Source: Chiloscyllium plagiosum (taxonomy: Eukaryota). From it: DNA of 64,000 nt. Below are positions 49,720-63,119 of the stretch, piece after piece (the stretch's first letter is position 1; every line of letters begins with the position of its first letter). The stretch lies in assembly GCF_004010195.1 (NCBI RefSeq), contig NC_057718.1:27011631-27075630 (forward strand), in the 5' to 3' direction. Below the pieces are notes generated by a model that saw only the letters and a program-made list of their open reading frames with translations, searched no databases and was not told the origin of the DNA. The position numbers and the translations under genes were made by a program.

Positions 49720-50820
49720 GTTATGCACAGACCGTCCTGGAGATCAAGGACAACAACAGACTGCTTCACATAACACAACCACTTTGCTAAACTTTCTTCA
49801 CTTCTGATACAAATGTGTGAAACTCATTGGCTTCTCAACCACCAAGGCAAATTGAGTTGATCACGTGATAACGTTCTTTTGGTTCATGCATCTAATGTCA
49901 CAATATTTTCACCATCTATTTGAACCCCATCTTCACTTTGAAGGCCACTCTTTGAACTTTCACAATTCCCCTTCAACTTAGCTTATGATGTCTAACTGCT
50001 CTTCTTGTCAGTTGACAGCCTATCCATATTGCCGAGAATGGATTCGGTCCACTTCAATATGTGCATCAACTGTTCGTTCATATATTAAAAATTGTCACTT
50101 TGCCTTTCTATCATCTTAACCGACTTTATTTTCATTTTCTCTTTAATGTCCTTTAGTACATTGTTGCTTCACAACTACATGTACTGTACACCTTCTTTCT
50201 CCAGTACTTCATGATGTCCAATTCCATCACGTCAATAATAGCACTGGGACATGCTGGTGCAGTTAGTCCTATTGCAATTGCTGAAAGTCCTCAATTGGAT
50301 TTTTCCTCGCACACTTGTGCATTTCAGCACCAATTTCTACAACCATCCTTGTTCAACCTTTTACTCAAATCTGTTAAATCCTTGGTGATGTATACTTCAG
50401 GTAAGGAATCAGATGTGCTGATGGCAGCTGATAACTGAATTTTCATAACTAAATCCAACACTCTGCTATTCTTTCTAATTGCCCACATGATGTCAAATCC
50501 TGAATGGCTTAATATTTTCTTCCACTTCAAATTGGCCAAACGTTTTAAGCCCTGCATGCAGCAGGTTCTATTCCATCAATTGTATGTTATCTTCCTTCTT
50601 GGGCTAAATCCACTAATTCCCAATGTGGGCATTTTCCTTTCAGCCCAATTTTTCTGTCTGCATCTCTTTCCCAGCGCTGCTTTATTTTTCTTCTGAAGCA
50701 TTGCCCTGTTATGCATCATTGTGAAATCCTAATCAAGTATTTCGTCACTTTATCATTTACCTTTAAACTTCATATAATCCAAGACATCACAGTTCATTTC
50801 TTCTCCTGCAATGTTCCATG
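49720..50820 (-). mobile_element. Possible fossil pogo/Tc2-type transposase
   Basis: Weak collinear minus-strand motifs ILGNMD, GVQIDGEN, KWL and SVVVLD, resembling IGNMDE, ADG.K and SLLVWD. Very decayed. Confidence 0.35.
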
Positions 50821-51992
50821 TAATAATACTTGCATAAGACAAGGGCAGAAGAGACACACAAAGTAGTATGCTGACGCAAGTAGCAGGGTATGTTGGACGA
50901 TTTTATTGTATTCACATTAGTTGGTCAGAATTAGCTCAATTCTGATTGCCATTGACAGCTGGAACTTGTAGGTTGCTCGGGAAACATGATTCTGAATAAC
51001 AGTTGAAATATTTAGGTTAAAAGTGACGTCAGACCTCTTGGCACCTTTGAGTAAATGCTAGTCTATAGGTAAAGTACAGGAAAGTTGATTATTGTGTGCA
51101 CTTATTTTCTTTATCACAGCTGTCCTGGAAGTAGATCTCCAAGCTGTCCTTTCATTTGAGATGAATGAAGAATTTTCAATTAAATTTGAAATGGTATTTC
51201 CATGTCTGTAGGGTATCTTGTTTATTTCCAGAATTGTGCTGCTGCATTTTGAAGTTGGCAAGGCTTTATTCAAATAATACTTGTCTTGCAACTTCATTTT
51301 TTTAAAATTATTCAGTCATTTCTTTCATGTTTCATTAATGAATAAATAATAATAAATAGTCTCCATTTATACCATTTTCTCTTGTATGTTCATTCAGAAT
51401 AGTTCAGCTTCAAAAATCATAGAAAGCGGATACTTCTCCTCGTTATGTTGTGCCCCCAATTACAAGAATTATCTAATTTGTCCCTTAACCTCCTTTCTCT
51501 ACAGTCTGGTGATATTTTCCTTTTCAAATATTTATCCACATTGTTTTTAAAGTCAACATTACATTTGTTTCCGCTACTTAAAGGGCAAGATTACAAATTT
51601 GTACGAGAACTGCATAGCTTATAATTGGCTTATTCTGTATTTAAACCTCTCTTTAAATCCCCTTGACCTCCCTCTAAATGCATTGTGTTGGCTAAATTGC
51701 CCTCCCTTCAATCTGATTCTTGCTGCTCCTCTATCCTAAATGACTCTGGTTGAATTCAGTTTAACATCATATTTCATTATGACCTCATCAACGTGGCCTC
51801 AGTTACTTTTGTGTTGACTGTGAAGCTCATGGAGAGCCAATTGGTTTCCAGGATTCAAATACGATATATGTGCAAGCATTATTAGCATTGCTTAATATAT
51901 GTTTGAAGGGGGATGCCTGGTACAATTTTTAATTTTATTGATAAAATGGTAACTAATTCTGGCGTTAAATACTTGAAATTTTGTTCTTGCAG

Positions 51993-52174
51993 TTGAGGAG
52001 ATTGAACAGATGAATAGTCTCTTCCAACAGAAGCAGAGAGAGTTAGTTGTTGCTGTTGCGAAGGTGGAGGAGCTCACCAGGCAACTAGACATGTTGAAAA
52101 GTGGAAAGATTGATGGTTATCATGACAACCAATCTGTTGTCGCTGAGCTTGATAGACTCTACAAAGAGTTGCAG
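51993..52174 (+). CDS. TP53BP2: ASPP2-family coding exon (exon 7 equivalent), coiled coil
   Basis: ttgcag|TT...CAG|gtaatt, 182 nt, phase 1-0. Translates (V)EEIEQMNSLFQQKQRELVVAVAKVEELTRQLDMLKSGKIDGYHDNQSVVAELDRLYKELQ. Confidence 0.96.
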
Positions 52175-53162
52175 GTAATTAGTACATGATAAACTTAAAA
52201 TTCCACATCTGTAAAACCTTTACATGATGATGTTAACAATTTGGATTTGAATTTTGAATGCATTATTGTATCACTAGGTTGTAGGTGACAGCTCTACAAC
52301 ACTTGATTCTCCCTATCTCTGAGCCAGAAGGATCAGTTTCAGATCCTGCCAGCTCCAGAGGTCTGTCATAACATGTCTGAAAAGATTGATTTCATATGTC
52401 TTCAATACTGACTCTGAATTCCACCTTTGCTGAAATGAGTGACATTAAAGTTTTTGAAGCTATTTGTTGGCTGCAGGGCTTTCTGTGTAATGACTTTCGC
52501 AGTCACTCTTAGTTTCTCATTTCAAGTTGATCTTTTCACCCAATACCTTCTGTTTCTGCAAAGTCAGTTTCTGCTTCATGTGACCTTGCTGTCACCCTTC
52601 ATTTCTGATGATAATTGTATGAATTATTTGAAAAGCTCAATTTGATAATTCATTAATTTTTTTTGCCTCAGTGAGTAGCAATTCATTCATTGGTGGATCT
52701 TCCTTCCCCTGCTACATAATTGAATTTGATGGGTCATGGGTGAAAAATCCCCCCCGGTTCTAGGTTGACTCAGGGTGGTGGAAAGTCTGTTCCACCTCTT
52801 CTGTTGCTGGGTTAAAGTTTGAAGCAGATGTACTGTCTCCTTCCCTTTTCACCTCCTCTGCTTGCTGGCCAATTACTTCTTGAAACCCATCCCTTCATGA
52901 TCTGCAGATTGGCCTTGGTTTTGTCATCCTGTGTACAGTGCCACAGGAAATCAACTAATTTATTGCTGTGCTTCAGTGTTCAAGTTTTAGTGTTTCAATG
53001 GAGAGCAGTAATTTTAAAACTCAGACTTCTTGCTGAATACAGCAACAGCAAAAGTATTCTTATTTGCTTTTTTAGACAGTTGAAAATGAACTAGAATTCA
53101 TAACAGTTGGATTTATTTTTAAGTACAAGAGCAAAATTTGATTATTTCTGTGTTACAATCAG

Positions 53163-53327
53163 GCAAGAAATAAACTAAATCAAGAGCAGAATGCAAAGCT
53201 TCAGCATCAAAGAGAGTCCTTAAACAAGCGTAATTCTGAAGTTGCATCAATGGACAGACGTATTGGGGATCTGCGTGAGCGCTTGTGGAAAAAGAAGGCA
53301 GCATTACAACACAAAGAGAATGTGCCA
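53163..53327 (+). CDS. TP53BP2: ASPP2-family coding exon (exon 8 equivalent)
   Basis: atcag|GCA...CCA|gtaagt, 165 nt. Translates [55 protein letters not shown]. Confidence 0.96.
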
Positions 53328-53834
53328 GTAAGTTTCATGTCTGCATTAGGCTGGCAACTTATTATCAACATGCAGAGTTATATTGCACAAGATTTTTAAT
53401 GTTAGTACAGAATTTTTCAGATGGCAGGGGCCACATGAAGGTCATCCTGCAGCCATTTAATTCTCCTGCTGATCAGTCTGATTGGCCAGCAGCTCTATAT
53501 TTCCAACAGCACCAGTGTTAACCATGACCAGGATTGGGGTGACTACAGGTAGTCACCAGACTGAGTCCTGAAGTCTCTCTATTTTTCACTTTTATTCCTG
53601 GTCAGCATACACTATTTTTCGTCATTCATTATAAGTATCCTTATAAGTGCTTGCTTCAAATTGCTTTTGTCATTTTGGATTTTTTAAATTATTTGCAAAA
53701 TGCTAATTTTGATAGTGAAAAAAAGAACATGCTCAAGAAGACCATTTTTGGCCATTGGCAGGCCCAGAATTTGAAAACACAGTTCGCTAATTAACCTTGA
53801 TTATTGTCTTCGCCTCTGCAATACTATTTCGAAA

Positions 53835-53958
53835 CTCCTGATGAAGAGGCAGCAGCTCGAAAGCTAGTGCTTTCAAATAAACCTGTTGGACTATAACCTG
53901 GTGTTGTGTTTTTTTTAACATGGTACATCCCAGTCCAACACTAGCACCTCCAAATCAT
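53835..53958 (+). mobile_element. PLE pLTR fragment (family C) with intact hammerhead core
   Basis: ctcCTGATGAaGAGgcagcagCTCGAAAGCTAgtg (53835-53869), followed by the same tail as 29020-29109. Confidence 0.75.
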
Positions 53959-54734
53959 GACTTAAAGTTATCAGCCTTGATTGGTCTACATTCCAAACAT
54001 TAAACTTTTACTGTATGAAATCTGGTCTGCCTAGTCACCTTCGTTTTCTGAATGTTAACATCTCTTGCATTGTCTTTGGGAACTTGATAGAAATTTTCTC
54101 GGCTTCACATGGTCAGTACTAGCAAAGGTAACTAATATCGCAGAAAGATCCACATTTGCACTGTATTAACTTCGTCAAAAGAAAGTGCCTTCTAATTGTT
54201 GTGTATCTTGTAGGCTAAAATTATTAATTTTTCCATGCTATGCTTTGTTTTCCATCTACATTTTGTCTGATGTCTTCAGAGTGTTCATCCTGAATTTTAT
54301 TTTACTATCTCTCAAACCAACTTTCCAAAGTATCCAGATTTTTGTGCACCAAAGTCACCTGCAATTATTTGTCTACAAACCCTACTATTCTTGATGTCAT
54401 CAGCAAGTACTAGTAGTCCTAATTCTATTCCTGTTCAATGATGCAGAACATGAATATCAGCTCCCAGCGTTGCCCCTTGGAGTGCCTAACCATTGCCATC
54501 TGAAGAGCAATTAGGGGTGGGCAGTTGATGTTGATTTCGCTATCGATATTCCATGAATGAATAAATGAAAAAAATGTTAGTTGTTTGGATGCAGCTTCAT
54601 TTGCAATCTACTCCTGTTTTCTTTTCATCTAGCTAGTCACTCTCTGTCACTCACCTTCCTGCAAAAATGCTATCCCACACTTGCAATTTCTCCGCCACAT
54701 CTGTTCCTAGAATAAGGCATTCCACTCCAGGATA

Positions 54735-55750
54735 TTCCAGACATCCTCCTCCTTCAGGGACTATAGTTTCCTCTTCTCAGTAATTAAGGCTGCCCTCAAC
54801 CGCATCTCCTCCGTTTCCCACACCTCTGCTCCCCCCAACAACTGTAGGGACAGAGTCCCCTTAGTCATCACATGCCACCCCATAAATCTCTGAATCCAAT
54901 GCATCGTGCTCCGACATTTCTGCCACCGATAATCAGACCCCAGCACCAAAAAGATATTTCCTTTCCCACCTCTATCTGCTTTCTGCAGGGACAGATCACT
55001 CTGTGACTCCCTTGTCAACTCTACACTTGCCATCAACTTCTCCACCACACAAGGTACCTTTCCCTGCAACGAAGAGGCACAACACCTGCACCCCACACCT
55101 CCCCTCTCGCCTCCATCCCCAAAACAATCCTTCCATATCTGACAGAGGTTCACCCGCACGTCATCTAACCTCATATATTGCATCTGTTGCTCCTCATGTG
55201 GTCTCTATATCGGGGAGACCAAATGCAGACTTGGAGGATCAGTTCGTGGAGCATCTGCGCTCTACATGCACTAAACAGCCCAACCTTCCAGCTGCCATCT
55301 GTTTTAACCCCCCTCCACTCCCCCTGCGACATGTCCATCTTTGGCATCGTCCAAGAGTAAGGCCAAACAGAAACTGGAGGAACAACACCTGGGAAGCTTA
55401 CAGCCCAATGGCCTCAACACCGACATCACCAGCTTCAAAGTCCCTCCTCCCCCAGCCTTATCGCATGTCTTGCTCCACCCTTCCCTTCCTCTCTGACCTA
55501 ACCTGTCCATTTGCCTACTGACCAATTACAATAACCCCCTACCTGCATTCCACATATCACTATCCTGCTATCCTTCCCTTTCCCCAGCACCACCCCCTCT
55601 CTCTACTTTCTTCTGGGCTCCCCTCCCTCTTGCCCAGTCCTGATAAAGGATTTCGGCCCGCTTCTCAGATGCTGTCTGACCTGCTGTCCTTTTCCAGCTT
55701 CACATATATTGACTCTTACTTTCAGTATCTGCAGTCCTTAGTGTTTTCTA
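54735..55750 (+). mobile_element. Decayed Penelope-like element (linker, GIY-YIG, pLTR)
   Basis: RVPLVITCHP, FTRTSSNLIYCICCS..C..LYIGETKCRL, and a decayed pLTR cctgataaagga...gatgctgtctgacctgctg. Confidence 0.8.
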
Positions 55751-56894
55751 GTTGCTGGTCCCATTCAATAATTGCTCCCTATTGTTTTCCTAAAACTTTT
55801 TTTGATATGGATATGGTTTTGTAACGAGATTAATTGTGATCATGGAGTTTTTAATACCCACAAGCTCTGGCAACTCTATAAACAGTGCTAACATTTGTGT
55901 TCCAAGAGTCCTTTCTCTCACTCCATGACAGCAATTTTGTTCAAATGAGCTTTTGTTTTACATCAGAGTATTGATGAGTGAGCTAGGTCAAAAAATTGCG
56001 AAGTAAAACAGCAGATGCACTCAATTATTTCTACACAAGCACGTATTACTTGGAAATGTGCAAATTCTCCAAATGGTGCATTAGGGACAGTTTAAAGTGT
56101 GCACCAGATAATTGTTAGGAAATAACTTGCATTCTTTGAGTAAACAACAAAATCAACAGTAAAGTCACATTTTTTTGTGTACAAATAATGAAAAATTTTC
56201 AAATGACTATTGTTAGCAGACAGACCATATTTATATGTCGGTGTGCTTTTGCCTTGTACTACTTGAACAAAATAAACGATATAATTTTTTCTCTTAATAT
56301 TTCTCCTTTTATCCCCAATTGGTTCTTTTCCTGAACAATGTTTTATGATAAATTCTAACCAAATTCTCACTATCTTGGTATATTCATCATGCATTGCCTG
56401 CTATCATTCTGACAGTTGGAGCATTCTGTTGACCAGCCTCAAATGCTGTTTCCGAGCTAATTTTTGACTCTCTTTCCCTCCCTCTTTCTCACTCACCTGC
56501 TGTTATTGATAGCAACGTATAAGACTAAGCAGATGAAAGACAAGTAAACTTGCATCTGAATAAACAGAAATGTTAGAAAGACTGGCAGCATCTTGGGGTG
56601 TACAAAAATCTAAAACTTGTTTCATTATTTATTGTTGAAGGATTGTCAATTTCGCGTAGAGAACCACGAGAATAGCTGACATGAGAGATTTTGGTACAAT
56701 AAAAAATTCATCTTGGATGTTGAGACATATATGGAGCTATTATTCTGCTATTTCTGGCCTGAAAGTGGTAGCATCTGAGCTGTGACCCCAATGCTGATGA
56801 ATAGATAATTTGCTAATTCTAACATTGAAATGTGGAAAATGACATAAGTTTAGGCCATTTATCCCAGCTAGCATTCAAAATGATCATGGTTATC

Positions 56895-56905
56895 CTCTCT
56901 CTCTC

Positions 56906-56957
<52 letters not shown>

Positions 56958-56958
56958 C
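56895..56958. repeat. (CT)n microsatellite
   Basis: Near-perfect CT dinucleotide run. Confidence 0.95.
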
Positions 56959-57575
56959 AACAAATCAATACATTTGATTCCCTCGATAGAGCTTAATAAA
57001 AGCACCTACTTGCTGATGGCTTCAAGGTATAATACTCTCATTTTAAATTAATTGGCATGAGGTGAGCAAGCTTTGTACATAATCCTAAAATTTGATTGAG
57101 AGAAAGTGTGTTAAGTGTAAACAGGTTTACAAAGAACTCTTGGATAAGTGCATTCATGCATGATGAAATTTGTGTTTTTGAGTCTCCCAATTGTCACTAT
57201 CAAGCAAGTTTCAGTTCTTTCAAAAGGATTCTGATTTGGCTTCCTAGTAAAAGAATTGTTTTAACCATCATGTTGTATTAGTTCAGAGTACACATTATAT
57301 CTTTGACATGTAATAGGTAAACAGCTTCATTTTGTAAAATTAATTAATTTCAAGCTGAAACAAGAATTTTAAGTTTGGTGAATTATGATGTGCTTTGCCT
57401 GATAGAAAGGAAATGACACTTTATATTACAAGTCAAGTAAACTCAAGTTTATTGATTGACAGAAACCTGATTGCAGGGGGCCCTTTTGAGGTCACGTATG
57501 GTGGGTAATGGCCTAAGATAACTGCTAAATAAAACTAGAACAAAAAAGTGTTGATGAACTGAACTTTATACCTAG

Positions 57576-57813
57576 GTTTCATCCGACAAGAATGTCCCTC
57601 AACAAGCAGTATCTTCTGCACCCAGCCGAGTAGCTGCAGTTGGACCCTATATCCAGTCGTCCACCTTGCCTCGTGCCCCACAGAAACTTGAACTTCTGGT
57701 AAAGCCAGCCTTTCCCAATGGATCATCTACTCTACCGAATGTGCAAGTGCATGCAGTGAATGCTCAGACTCCTGTGACCAAATCTGGAGTTTCTCCAGTT
57801 AAAACACCTGGTG
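57576..57813 (+). CDS. TP53BP2: ASPP2-family coding exon (exon 9 equivalent)
   Basis: cctag|GTT...GGTG|gtaag, 238 nt, phase 0-1. Translates VSSDKNVPQQAVSSAPSRVAAVGPYIQSSTLPRAPQKLELLVKPAFPNGSS..., containing the ASPP2 motif SRVAAVGPYIQSST. Confidence 0.93.
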
Positions 57814-59044
57814 GTAAGCACTTGCATTGTCTCTCTTTATTTTGGTACCACTATGGGGTGGGGAAAGAAAGGAAGTTTTAGCATTTGTACAGGTGCTTAT
57901 ACAGTGCTGAAATTGAGTTAAATATTTGTATTAAATGCCATTGATCTTTGCACTCAGGATGGCTGAATTATCAATATGCAATCAATCAGAATGTTTCTTA
58001 CTTGCAGGTAAATATGACACATTTCAAATTGGGGGTTCTCTTAAAAACACACACATTTTGTTTGAAACTTTATAAGACATCCTGAACTCCACCAGTGTGC
58101 CCTTATTGTTTGTGTTAACCTTCTTTGTAATTCTTTTACAATTTTGGATTTCCTTTTGACAAAGCAATCTCATTGTTTCTGTGAAGAATTTAAAGTACTT
58201 TTTCTGTTTGCTTATTCTTTCAAGTAATCTGAAATATTGCAAACAAGACCTCTCGAAGAAAGATTGAGAGATAAATGTAGGCTTATAAAGCAAGAGGAGA
58301 AGGTAGAGTTGCAGAGCATCTATTTGGATAATGATGCCAATAGTGGGATAAGAAGGGACAGACTGTACAGATATAGAAGAGGAGGGAATAATGGTAAGAA
58401 GGCAAAATTAATAGCGCTTGTGGAATGTAGTATTTCAAACAAAATAGATAATTAACTGCAACAATACAGGTTAATGGGGATGACCTTACAACCAATATAG
58501 CAACACTGTNNNNNNNNNNNNNNNNNNNNNNNNNNNNNNNNNNNNNNNNNNNNNNNNNNNNNNNNNNNNNNNNNNNNNNNNNNNNNNNNNNNNNNNNNNN
58601 NNNNNNNNNNNNNNNNNNNNNNNNNNNNNNNNNNNNNNNNNNNNNNNNNNNNNNNNNNNNNNNNNNNNNNNNNNNNNNNNNNNNNNNNNNNNNNNNNNNN
58701 NNNNNNNNNNNNNNNNNNNNNNNNNNNNNNNNNNNNNNNNNNNNNNNNNNNNNNNNNNNNNNNNNNNNNNNNNNNNNNNNNNNNNNNNNNNNNNNNNNNN
58801 NNNNNNNNNNNNNNNNNNNNNNNNNNNNNNNNNNNNNNNNNNNNNNNNNNNNNNNNNNNNNNNNNNNNNNNNNNNNNNNNNNNNNNNNNNNNNNNNNNNN
58901 NNNNNNNNNNNNNNNNNNNNNNNNNNNNNNNNNNNNNNNNNNNNNNNNNNNNNNNNNNNNNNNNNNNNNNNNNNNNNNNNNNNNNNNNNNNNNNNNNNNN
59001 NNNNNNNNNTCCAGATGCCTTTTAAATGTTGCAATTGTACCAGG

Positions 59045-59830
59045 GATAATATCGACAGAGTTGAAAATGGGTAAGAGACTCCTCTCCAGATTAAGTCTGA
59101 TCTTCTTGGACCTAGGGGTGAAACAGCATTAGCAATGCCAATTCTGGACACAAGACTTCGCCAAGCAAGTGACACAGTTTGATACAGGGGATGATGTTTA
59201 GTTTAAGAATCACAGCAATGGCCCTTCCTGGGTAAGAAACATGGACAACACAAGGTCAGGATCAGTGATGTATAAAGCTCAGGTAGGTGTGATCCTGAAC
59301 AAGCACAACAACCATATCATAGCCACAAATTTGCAAACAGTACAGGAGCAAAACATGCCCAACCCCTTGGAACAGTCAGAAAGGCTCCCGGAACCCATGA
59401 GTTCACCTTCTCCATCAGGCGTTGACTAGTCCTCAGAATAAGATGGACGTGACAGATGTAGCTCCTTCAACATCATAGCTGCCATAAGAAATCGTGAAAT
59501 TTTACTGGGTCACCCCGAATCAAGAGGTGAGCTCCCATGTGTTAAACACAGCCTGTATTGGACACCGAATCGGAGGAGCCTAGCCCAGTGCTTAAGATGC
59601 TCTCCATGGGAAAGGATCAGTCTATTTCTTCACACTAAATGGTGTAGGGTATAGGGATTGCAATGAGTTCCCTGATTGGGGCTGTTAATCTGGTCCAATC
59701 TGAAAGCCCTGACTGACACACAAACCGGTAATTGTCAGAGATGCTGACCCTCTGGATGACTGAATGAAGCAGTACTAAAGTCATGGACTGTTCGTGTGTA
59801 AATAAAGGATGATCCTGTGCAATTATTTCA
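59045..59830 (+). mobile_element. Gypsy/Ty3 LTR-retrotransposon 3' remnant (integrase C-terminus and probable LTR)
   Basis: RLLSRLSLI..D...QFDTGDDV*FKNHSNGPSW...SGSVMYK resembles the Gypsy integrase tail (F..GD.V..RN..GP.W...GPV.Y.V). A downstream segment contains AATAAA. Confidence 0.6.
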
Positions 59831-59999
59831 GTGTGGGGACATGTGACGTTATGCACTTTAACAGGAAAAGTGGAGGAACAAGACTGCGGAAAGCTAAAGA
59901 ACATCCAAATTAGATTGGTAAAAGGGAAGACAAATGAAATGTTGATCTTTGCTTCAGGGGAAATGTAACATGAATGTGGAGAACTTTACTAAAATTATA

Positions 60000-60229
60000 C
60001 AGGTTGTTCTGCTATAACATGACAGTTGTGTTCTTCTGGAACCTTGCGCTATAGAAAATTTAACTGTGGGGAACCGCTGTAGAAATTGCGCTGTCGAAGA
60101 TTGCACTTTGGAAAACCCGATACACCTGTTCGGCAGAAAGTTTGCGTTTTGTACAAAACATCCACAGTTTGTTAATTGCGTTATAGCCAATTCACATTAA
60201 CTCAACGCACATTATAGAAGAACTACCTG
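60000..60229. mobile_element. Tigger/pogo-like MITE
   Basis: TA|caggttgttctgctataa ... ttatagaagaactacctg|TA: TIRs and TA TSD. Confidence 0.82.
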
Positions 60230-60239
60230 TAAAATGTAC

Positions 60240-60760
60240 TAGTCAGACCAGAGCCTGCAATTTTGGGCCACTTCCGTAAGGAAAGATATACTGGCGTTGG
60301 AGGCTGATACCAGTTATGGAGGGACTGCATTATAAAGAGTGGTTGAGTAGCCTGTGCCTGTGTTCATTAGAATATAGAATGAGGTGCAACGTTATTGAAA
60401 CATAAAAGATTCTTCGAGAACTTGAAAGGGTAGATGTAGAAAAATTGTTTCTTCTCTTGTGGGAGAGTCTAAGACCAGAGTGCATCATCTCAGAATAAGG
60501 GGTCACACATTTAAGGAAGAGTTGAAGAGGAACATCTTCTCTGAGGTTTGAGAATCTGTGGAATTCTTTTCCTCAGAGGGCTGTTGAGGCTGAGTAATTA
60601 TGTATATCCAAAACTGAGAGATTTTTAATCAGCAAAAAAATCAAGTTACAGGGATAAAGCAGGAAAGTGGATTTGAGGATTATCAAATCAGCTGCAATCT
60701 CATTGAATAGCAGAGTAGATTCAATAGGCTGCATGGTTTACCTCTGCTCTTGTGTCTTAA
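60240..60760 (+). mobile_element. Old CR1-group 3' fragment
   Basis: LVRP..LQFWA...RKDILALE-like frame and tttctcttgtgggagagtctaagaccagag. Confidence 0.7.
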
Positions 60761-61387
60761 CTGCTTTCCATTTTAGCAAGTTGGTAGTTGTAACTATTTC
60801 CTATCCAGCACGTTACTCTATATTATCTCCAGTTCCCTTTCTGTTTTAAAAATGCTCCATTTATAATATTAGAATATCTAATTTGGCTAACCTTGTAGGA
60901 AACAGAAATATGTTCCTTCACACAATTTCCAATAGATTTGTGATGGAAAGGCTCCCAAAATGGTTCTGTGTGTCTATCAAATGATTGACAGAATTGTTCA
61001 ATTCAAGTTTTCTCATTTCTCCCTGAATAAATTAACCGATTTCATTTTACTGAACCTATATTTTAATTGGTTTTGTTTAACAAAGGTTAGGGCCAATTAA
61101 ATGTGTAAACTTCCCTGCCCCTTACTGTGAACAATATGATCTGCTTGAAGCCTGTACACGTGTCTTTGTTGAGAAAAGTTTTGTCTTTATCAGTGCTTGT
61201 AAAAATAATGGCTACTTGAACAAGATACCAAGGAGTAACTTGTATCATTGGAAAGAACTCAGAAAGGAACTAATCTTCCACAGAAGGCAAGAAAAGAGAA
61301 AGGTTTTGCTTATGTTATGGACCAGGCCAGATCCCCTCAAAGTATTTCAAGAATTTTTCTGGAATTTTTTCTTGTTTTAAAGGCAGA

Positions 61388-62655
61388 TGTCATAGAGTCA
61401 GAGATGTACAGCATGGAAACAGACCCTTCGGTCCAACTCGTCCATGCTGACCAGATATCCCAACCCAATCTGGTCCCACCTGCCAGCACCTGACCCATAT
61501 CCCTTCAAACCCATCCTATTTGTATACCCATCCAAATGCCTTTTAAATGTTGTAATTGTACCAGCCTCCACCACTCCCTCTGGCAGCTCATTCCATACCC
61601 GTACCATCCTCTGTGTGAAAAAGTTGCCCCTTAGGTCTCTTTTATATCTTTCCCCTCTCACCCTCCACCTATGCTCTCTAGTTCTGGACTCCCCAACCCC
61701 AAGGAAAAAGACTGCCTATTTACGCTATCCATGCCCCTCATAATTTTGTAAACCTCTATAAGGTCACCCTTCAGCCTCTGACGCTCCAGGGAAAACAGCC
61801 CCAGCCTGTTCAGCCTCTCCCTATAGCTCAAATCCTCCAACCCTGGCAACATCCTTGTAAATCTTTTCTGAATCCTTTCAAGTTCCACAACATCTTTCCG
61901 ATAGGAAGAAGACCAGAATTGCACACAATATGCCAACAGTGGCTTAACCAATTTCCTGTACAGCTGTAACATGACCTCCCAACTCCTGTACTCAATACTC
62001 TGACCAATAAAGGAAAGCATATCAAACGCCTTCTTCACTATCCTATCTACCTGTGACTCCACTTTCAAGGTGCTGTGAACCTGCACTCCAAGGTCTCTTT
62101 GTTCAGCAACACTCCCTAGGACCTTACTATTAAGTGTATAAATCCTGCTAAGATTTGCTTTCCCAAAATGCAGCACCTCTCATTTATCTGAATTAAACTC
62201 CATCTCCCACTTCTCAGCCCATTGGCCTATCTGGTCAAGATCCTGGTGAAATCTGAAGTAACCCTCTTCGCTGTCCGCTACGCCTCCAATTTTGGTATCA
62301 TCTGCAAACTTACTAACTGTACCTCTTATGCTCGCATCCAAATCATTTATGTAAATGACAAAAAGTAGAGGACCCAGAACTGATCCTTGTGGCACTGCAC
62401 TAGTCACAGGCCTCCAGTCTGAATAACAACCCTCCACCACCACCCTCTGTCTTCTACCTTTGAGCCAGTTCTGTATCCAAATGGCTAGTTCTCGCTGTAT
62501 TCCATGAGATCTAACCTTGCTAATCAGTCTCCCATGGGGAACCTTGTCGAACACTTTACTGAAGTCCATATATATCACATCGACCGCTCTGCCCTCATCA
62601 ATCCTCTTTGTTACTTCCTCAAAAAACTCAATCAAGTTTTTGAGACATGATTTGC
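61388..62655 (-). mobile_element. CR1 LINE RT through 3' end
   Basis: Minus ORFs YMDFSKVFDKVPH, VPQGSVLGP, KFADDTK and FFTQRMVRVWNELP. Tail gtcatagagtcagagatgtac. Confidence 0.93.
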
Positions 62656-62659
62656 AACT

Positions 62660-62865
62660 TTGAGGGATCTGTGGAGTGCACTGCCAGCAGTGGCTGTAGA
62701 GTCAGATACATTTGGGACATTTAAGTGACTCTTGGATAGGCACATGGATTATAGTAAAATCAGGGGTATGAGGGTTAAGTTGATCTTAAAATAGGATAAT
62801 AGGTCACCACAACATTGAGGGCCGGAGGGCCTGTATTATGCTGTACTGTTTTATATTCTGTGTTC
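62660..62865 (+). mobile_element. CR1 3' tail fragment abutting the previous CR1 in the opposite orientation
   Basis: gggacatttaagtgactcttggataggcacatgg...gggccggagggcctgtattatgctgtactgttttatattct. Confidence 0.7.
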
Positions 62866-63119
62866 TCAAGTGACAGCATCGTCACACATACAACAGAAAG
62901 TATTAAATCTTCAGATAATTTATCCGTTTTCCCCTTCAACCATGCTCTTTTTGGACACTTCAATGTTGTCCAGGTCTTTCTGCGTTTAGACATGAGTTGC
63001 TTCAGTACCTGGAGAGCTGTGAATCATGTCAAACGTTATGCACCATTTGTGAACATTCCCCATTCCGCCCTTATGATGGAGGGAAGATCATCTCAGAGGC
63101 AAGTTGGGGCAAGTTGGGG

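Noticed and set aside
49578..49720. Possible hAT-type mini element (cagtgctccctccaa...gcgcagcacagagagtg)
   Set aside because: The right terminus is too degenerate and no 8-bp TSD was found, so it was not called.
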